From Candidatus Methylomirabilota bacterium (GTDB lineage: Bacteria; Methylomirabilota; Methylomirabilia; Rokubacteriales; CSP1-6), in NCBI GenBank assembly GCA_035764725.1, contig DASTYT010000006.1, positions 4,833 through 68,832 on the forward strand: a stretch of DNA of 64,000 nt, in the 5' to 3' direction. The notes below the pieces were generated by a model. That model saw only the letters and a program-made list of their open reading frames with translations. It was not told the origin of the DNA and did not search any database. The position numbers were made by a program, and so were the translations under genes. This document shows positions 58,149 to 64,000 of the stretch, piece by piece. Numbering within the stretch: position 1 is the stretch's first letter; each line of letters opens with the position of its first letter.

Positions 58149-58211
58149 CCAGTCAAAGAGCGTGTAGAAATCGTGAGAAAGTATAGCACCGTGAGAGAGC
58201 CGCTGATCGCG

Positions 58212-58649
58212 ATGGTCATCGTGGTGATGGCGCTCGTAGCGGTGTACCTCTACCTGCAGCTCCTCATGTGGAGCCTTGCTCGGCTCTCCGGCTGGAGGAG
58301 GCTCACCGCGCGCTACCCTGGGACGACCGCCGCCCCCGCCCCGCGCCCGCGGTTCGGCTATGCAGTGTTCCGCGGCTGGATCGGCTACAACGGCGGCCTG
58401 GTGCTCACCGCCGACGCGCGCGGGCTCTACGTCTCGGCGATGCCGATCGTGCTGGCGCCCTGGCACCCACCCATCTTCATCCCGTGGGGAGAAATTACCG
58501 AGATCCGGCTCCGGCGGATTCTCTGGAGCGGATGCTTCGGGATCCGGACGCGGGGCGCGCCCGAGATCGACTTCGCGCTACGCCGGCGCACGTTCGAGCT
58601 GGTGCGCGCGGACGCGCAGCGAGCGCACGTGCCCGTGATCGATGGCTGA
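58212..58649 (+). CDS. Hypothetical small membrane protein (about 145 aa); start uncertain (alternative GTG at 58191) and must lie downstream of rnpB
   Basis: MVIVVMALVAVYLYLQLLMWSLARL is a TM segment. The 5' part of the track ORF (58083-58148) overlaps rnpB and is not coding. Confidence 0.4.
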   Translation: MVIVVMALVAVYLYLQLLMWSLARLSGWRRLTARYPGTTAAPAPRPRFGYAVFRGWIGYNGGLVLTADARGLYVSAMPIVLAPWHPPIFIPWGEITEIRLRRILWSGCFGIRTRGAPEIDFALRRRTFELVRADAQRAHVPVIDG

Positions 58650-58755
58650 CGGCGCGGAACACCCGGCGCCGCGGCCATGCCGCTCGGTTGTGCGATCGTC
58701 GCCCGCCACATATAGTCGGAACATGACGGCGCTCGGACGCGAGCCCTAGGTCGCG

Positions 58756-59565
58756 ATGGATCAGCGGACCCGCCACCGAGTCCTGCAGAAAGTCCTGTGG
58801 TCGAGATTCGGGCTGTCCGCCGTTCGCGCGTACCTGGGATTCTCTCGCCGCTGGGAGTACGTCGTGATGAATCGCTCGCTGCTCGGCGAATGCAACGGCG
58901 AGCACTGGCTACTGTCGCTGCTCCCTCCCGCGCCCTTCATCATGGATGTCGGCTTCAACCGGGGGGACTTTTCCCGGGAAGCACTGCGACTGCGCCCGCA
59001 GGCGCGGATCGTCGGGTTCGAACCGGCGGCGTCCATGCAGCGCGTCTTCGCGAGCGGGTTCGCCGACGAGCCTCGCGTCGAGCTGCTCCCGTTCGCGGTG
59101 GGGAACACGCGAGGGGAAGCCGAGTTCCACGACTCGGCCGACGGCAACAGCAGCCTGGTCGATGAGGCGCCGGCGGCGGCGCATACCTACCGGGTGCAGA
59201 TGGTGACGCTCGACGATCTTGCGTGCGACCGCGGGTGGTCCGGCATCGACCTGCTGAAGATCGACGCCGAGGGGTACGATCTTCACGTCCTCGAGGGCGC
59301 GGAACGGCTCCTCGAGAGACAAGCCATCGCCATCTTCTCGTTCGAGTACAACGCCCCGTGGATCGCGTCGCGCCGATTTCTCAAGGACGCGTGCACATAT
59401 CTGGAAGACAAGCCCTACCGGCTGTTCCGGCTCTTCAATGGGTTTCTGTCCCCCCTCCAGTACAGTCACCGGGCGGAGCGGCACGACCTGGGGTGTATCT
59501 ATATCGGGGTCAGCACGAAGCGGCTCGACGAAGGGAATATCCCGATCCGGGCCTTCCCCGGCTGA
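58756..59565 (+). CDS. FkbM-family SAM-dependent methyltransferase
   Basis: FIMDVGFNRGDFS...VGFEPAASMQ...FAVGNTRGEAEFH...IDLLKIDAEGYDLHVLEGAE is the FkbM pattern. Confidence 0.75.
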   Translation: MDQRTRHRVLQKVLWSRFGLSAVRAYLGFSRRWEYVVMNRSLLGECNGEHWLLSLLPPAPFIMDVGFNRGDFSREALRLRPQARIVGFEPAASMQRVFASGFADEPRVELLPFAVGNTRGEAEFHDSADGNSSLVDEAPAAAHTYRVQMVTLDDLACDRGWSGIDLLKIDAEGYDLHVLEGAERLLERQAIAIFSFEYNAPWIASRRFLKDACTYLEDKPYRLFRLFNGFLSPLQYSHRAERHDLGCIYIGVSTKRLDEGNIPIRAFPG

Positions 59566-59566
59566 G

Positions 59567-60091
59567 TCAGCGGGCAGGCGGGGATGCGACCGTCTGGGTG
59601 CGGCGGATGGCCTCGACGGCGAGCCGGTCGGCCCGGTCGTTCAGCGGGTGCCCGGAGTGGCCCGCCACCTTGTGCCAGGCGACATCACGCGACTCCACTT
59701 CCGTGAGCAGAGCCTCCCAGAGGTCTCGGTTCTCCACCGGCTTCTTCTGGCTGTTCTTCCAGCCGTTCATGCGCCAGCGCTCGTACCACTTGTCGCGGAA
59801 CCCGTTGATCACGTACGCGCTGTCCGAGTAGACGTCCGCGGCGCGGCCGGGCGCGAGGGCGCGGAGACCCTGGAGCACACCGGTCATCTCCATGCGCTGA
59901 TTGGTGGTCCAGGATTCGCCGCCCGAGATCTCCTGTTCGATGTCACCGTCGATGAGGATGGCCGCCCAGCCACCGGGACCGGGATTCCCGCTGCACGCGC
60001 CGTCGGTGTAGATGGCGACACGGGGTGCGGACGGCGCCCCGGGCGGCGCGCTCGGGCCCCCTCCCGCCGCGGGGGAGGGGCGGCGCGGCAT
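59567..60091 (-). CDS. rnhA: Ribonuclease HI with a Pro/Ala-rich N-terminal extension; an alternative start at 60121 would overlap the upstream gene by 30 nt
   Basis: VAIYTDGACSGNPGPGGWAAIL...TNQRMEMTGVLQGL...WHKVAGHSGHPLNDRADRLA carries the RNase H catalytic D/E/D/D residues. Confidence 0.85.
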   Translation of the reverse strand: MPRRPSPAAGGGPSAPPGAPSAPRVAIYTDGACSGNPGPGGWAAILIDGDIEQEISGGESWTTNQRMEMTGVLQGLRALAPGRAADVYSDSAYVINGFRDKWYERWRMNGWKNSQKKPVENRDLWEALLTEVESRDVAWHKVAGHSGHPLNDRADRLAVEAIRRTQTVASPPAR

Positions 60092-60798
60092 CAAGCCTGC
60101 CAGTAGAGGTAGCGCCCGCAAGATTCGCAGGCGAGGAGCGCGTTCTGTGCGCGGAGCTCCTGGAGCCGCTGAGGTGTGACGGTCATGCGGCAGGCGCCGC
60201 AGAGATTGGGCTTGATCACGGGCACGATGGCCAGTCCGGCGCGCGCCCGGAGCAGGCGGTCGTAGTCGGCGAGGACGTTGGCGGGGAGCCCGCGGGCGAC
60301 CGACGCGCGCTCGCCCTTCACCCCACCCAGCTCCGTCTCCACCGCGGCGAGCCGCTCGCGTAACTGCTTCTCCGCGGTGGCGCCCTCGGACTCGGCGGCC
60401 TTGAGCCCGCCCTCGGCATCCTTGATCTCGGCGGCGAGGCGCTCCTGACGCTCCATCAGCGTGAGGATCTCCTCCTCGATCTTGGACTTCTGCTGCTTGA
60501 CCTCCTCGATCTCGGCGAGCACCGCGGAGTATTCCTTGTTCGTTTTGACCTGGTAGAGCTGGCCCTCGAACTTCTGTCGCTTGACTTGATTGTCCTCGAG
60601 GTCTTTCTCCCGCGCCCGCGTCTCCTTGCGGGCGGTGTCCAGACCCGCCTTGGCCGCGTCCACCGTCTTCTTCGCCTCGGCGGTGCGGGCCCGCACCGCC
60701 TCGATCTCCTTCGGGAGCTTCACCGCCTCGCCCTCGAGCCCCGCGATGCGGGTGTCGAAGGTCTGGAGGTCAATGAGGGTCTTCAGCTGGCCGTCCAC
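60091..60798 (-). CDS. Coiled-coil zinc-ribbon protein (C4 zinc ribbon at the C-terminus; DUF164-like)
   Basis: Long coiled-coil (KTLIDLQTFDTRIAGLEGEAVKL...), then CGACRMTVTPQ...CESCGRYLY, a CxxC...CxxC ribbon. Confidence 0.65.
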   Translation of the reverse strand: MDGQLKTLIDLQTFDTRIAGLEGEAVKLPKEIEAVRARTAEAKKTVDAAKAGLDTARKETRAREKDLEDNQVKRQKFEGQLYQVKTNKEYSAVLAEIEEVKQQKSKIEEEILTLMERQERLAAEIKDAEGGLKAAESEGATAEKQLRERLAAVETELGGVKGERASVARGLPANVLADYDRLLRARAGLAIVPVIKPNLCGACRMTVTPQRLQELRAQNALLACESCGRYLYWQA

Positions 60799-60814
60799 GT
60801 CACCTCTCCGGAGT

Positions 60815-60890
60815 TGGTGGGCCCACTTGGACTCGAACCAAGACCTGACCGGTTATGAGCCGGGAGCTCTGCCAATTGAGCTATGGGCCC
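60815..60890 (-). tRNA. tRNA-Met (anticodon CAU), elongator type (G1-C72 paired); could alternatively be a lysidine-modified tRNA-Ile2. The CCA end is genomically encoded
   Basis: GGGCCCATAGCTCAATTGGCAGAGCTCCCGGCTCATAACCGGTCAGGTCTTGGTTCGAGTCCAAGTGGGCCCACCA. Cloverleaf with a 7-bp acceptor stem, T-loop TTCGAGT and anticodon loop CTCATAA. Confidence 0.85.
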
Positions 60891-60907
60891 GGGCGTGATG
60901 GATGCCC

Positions 60908-62704
<1,797 letters not shown>

Positions 62705-62729
62705 GCTTGGTGCGTCTCCTCGATGAGGT

Positions 62730-64000
62730 TTAGGGTCGGGGGCCCGGGCCCGACCCGGGATCTCCCGCCGCACGGGGCGCGGTGAGCTCTCTCACCGCCT
62801 CGGCGGCTTGGTGCACGGACTTGTACTGGTCGTCGCTGCTGGGGCCGCCCGCCGCCTGGGTCTCGGCGACGGATTGGGTGGCGCGGCGCAGCTCGCGCTT
62901 GCGCTGGCGGGCCTCGAAGCGGCGGCCGAAGTCGCGGATCTGCTGGGCGACGTCGGGCAGGTCGTGCTCTTCCACGAGCAGGCTCGCGAGCAGCGCGCGC
63001 TCGGGGTCCCCGGGCAGCTCGTCCATGAGCTCCTCGGCGGGGCGGTCGGGCGCGCTCCTGAGCGCGCCCAGCAGGGCCCGCAGCCCGGGATGGGCGATGT
63101 CGCCGTCCTCGACAACGGGGAGGATGGCCGCCCGCGCCTCGTCGACGCGCAGGAGAAGCAGGAAGAGGTCGCGCTCCACGAGGCTGGGCGCGGGCCAGCC
63201 GGCGCTCTCGGGCGCCGCCGCGGCCTCGACGCCGGGGCGCGGGAAGCGGGACTGGGTGAGGCGGGCCCGCTGGAGCTGCTGGGCCTCGATCCAGAGCTGG
63301 GTCGCGTCCACCCGCAGCTCGCGGGCGGCCTGCGCAGCGAGGGTGGTGGCTTCCTCCGCATTGGGGACCTTGGAGAGGATGAGGGCCACCCGGGCGTGCG
63401 CGGTCGCCCGTCCGCGCGCCGTCGAGAGGTCCTCCTCGGAGAGGGCCTGCTGCATGACGAAAGACAGGATACTCCGGGCCGCGTCGAGGCGCGACAGGAA
63501 GGCTGGGCCTCCCTCGGCCCGAAGAAAGCTGTCCGGATCATGTCCCGGGGGCAGCACGGCGACCTTGACCGGGAAGTAGCCGGAGCGCTGGAAGCCTCCC
63601 GTGCGCGACACCGTCCAGGCCAGGCCCTGCACGTCCATGGTGTCGGACGTCATCTCCTCGAGCCGGGCTGACGCCCTCTGCCCGGCCGCGTCCGCGTCGA
63701 ACACCGCCACGATCTCCTCGGCGTTGCGCTGGAGCAGGCCCAGCTGAGCGGCGGTGAACGCGGTGCCGAGCGCGGCGACCGTCTCGGTGAAGCCGTGCTG
63801 GTGGGCCATCAGGCAATCGAGGTAGCCCTCGACCACGATGGCCCGGTTGCGCTCGCGGATGCTCGGCTTGGCGAGTTCCAGCGCGTAGAGGAGCTGCCCC
63901 TTGGAATAGAGAGGGGTCTCCGGTGAATTGATGTACTTGACCTCGTCCGGGCCCAGCGCGCGACCGCCGAAGGCCACCACGCGCCCCTGCGCGTCCCGGA
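62730..64000 (-). CDS. dnaG: DNA primase DnaG, Toprim plus C-terminal helicase-interaction region; 3' part only, N-terminus lies beyond the window end
   Basis: [36 protein letters not shown] and [11 protein letters not shown]...AALGTA...[13 protein letters not shown] (Toprim). The frame stays open to position 64000. Classic dnaG-rpoD order. Confidence 0.9.
   Translation of the reverse strand, partial: RDAQGRVVAFGGRALGPDEVKYINSPETPLYSKGQLLYALELAKPSIRERNRAIVVEGYLDCLMAHQHGFTETVAALGTAFTAAQLGLLQRNAEEIVAVFDADAAGQRASARLEEMTSDTMDVQGLAWTVSRTGGFQRSGYFPVKVAVLPPGHDPDSFLRAEGGPAFLSRLDAARSILSFVMQQALSEEDLSTARGRATAHARVALILSKVPNAEEATTLAAQAARELRVDATQLWIEAQQLQRARLTQSRFPRPGVEAAAAPESAGWPAPSLVERDLFLLLLRVDEARAAILPVVEDGDIAHPGLRALLGALRSAPDRPAEELMDELPGDPERALLASLLVEEHDLPDVAQQIRDFGRRFEARQRKRELRRATQSVAETQAAGGPSSDDQYKSVHQAAEAVRELTAPRAAGDPGSGPGPRP

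Overview
This is a 64 kb, very high-GC (about 70%) bacterial chromosomal segment that I read as about 50 genes. Because stop codons are rare at this GC content, most of the long opposite-strand and out-of-frame ORFs in the track are artefacts; I kept only frames with recognisable protein families, sensible starts (an upstream Shine-Dalgarno sequence or ATGA/TGATG coupling) and strong G/C at the third codon position.

Left third (1-33.7 kb) is metabolic and transport: FAD monooxygenase, SBP, hydantoinase A/B pair, secreted Gly/Tyr/His-rich protein, two-subunit Tat-exported molybdenum hydroxylase, carboxyltransferase, Tam methyltransferase, an orphan nirK with an FNR-type palindrome upstream, MFS and DASS transporters, D-aminoacylase, CoA-transferase, SDR, DapA-like lyase, STAS-MBL fusion protein, Fe3+-type ABC importer, enoyl-CoA hydratase, TauD dioxygenase, cyclase, Mpg glycosylase, TPP enzyme, LigB/LigA-like dioxygenase.

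The centre (33.7-52.1 kb) is the part most worth a second look: an 18.4 kb minus-strand operon of three NRPS genes, an Sfp-type phosphopantetheinyl transferase and a Tat-signal periplasmic binding protein, all translationally coupled. Domain order is A-T-C-A-T-AL | C-A-T-AL-T | C-A-T-TE. The two in-line 'AL' domains look like oxalate/malonate-CoA ligases rather than NRPS adenylation domains, and the terminal thioesterase has Cys in place of the usual Ser nucleophile.

Right part (52.1-64 kb) is regulatory and housekeeping: a divergent GAF histidine kinase with a FixJ/LuxR regulator, a second stand-alone receiver, groESL, an RNase P RNA on the minus strand that the ORF track misses, an FkbM methyltransferase, rnhA, tRNA-Met(CAU), rpoD and the 3' part of dnaG. 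A near-palindromic motif TGGACCAAGGTCCAAT occurs in two intergenic regions here.

I found no CRISPR array, IS element or rRNA. Coordinates for the non-ORF features (RNA genes, motifs, hairpins) come from manual reading and may be off by 1-2 nt.
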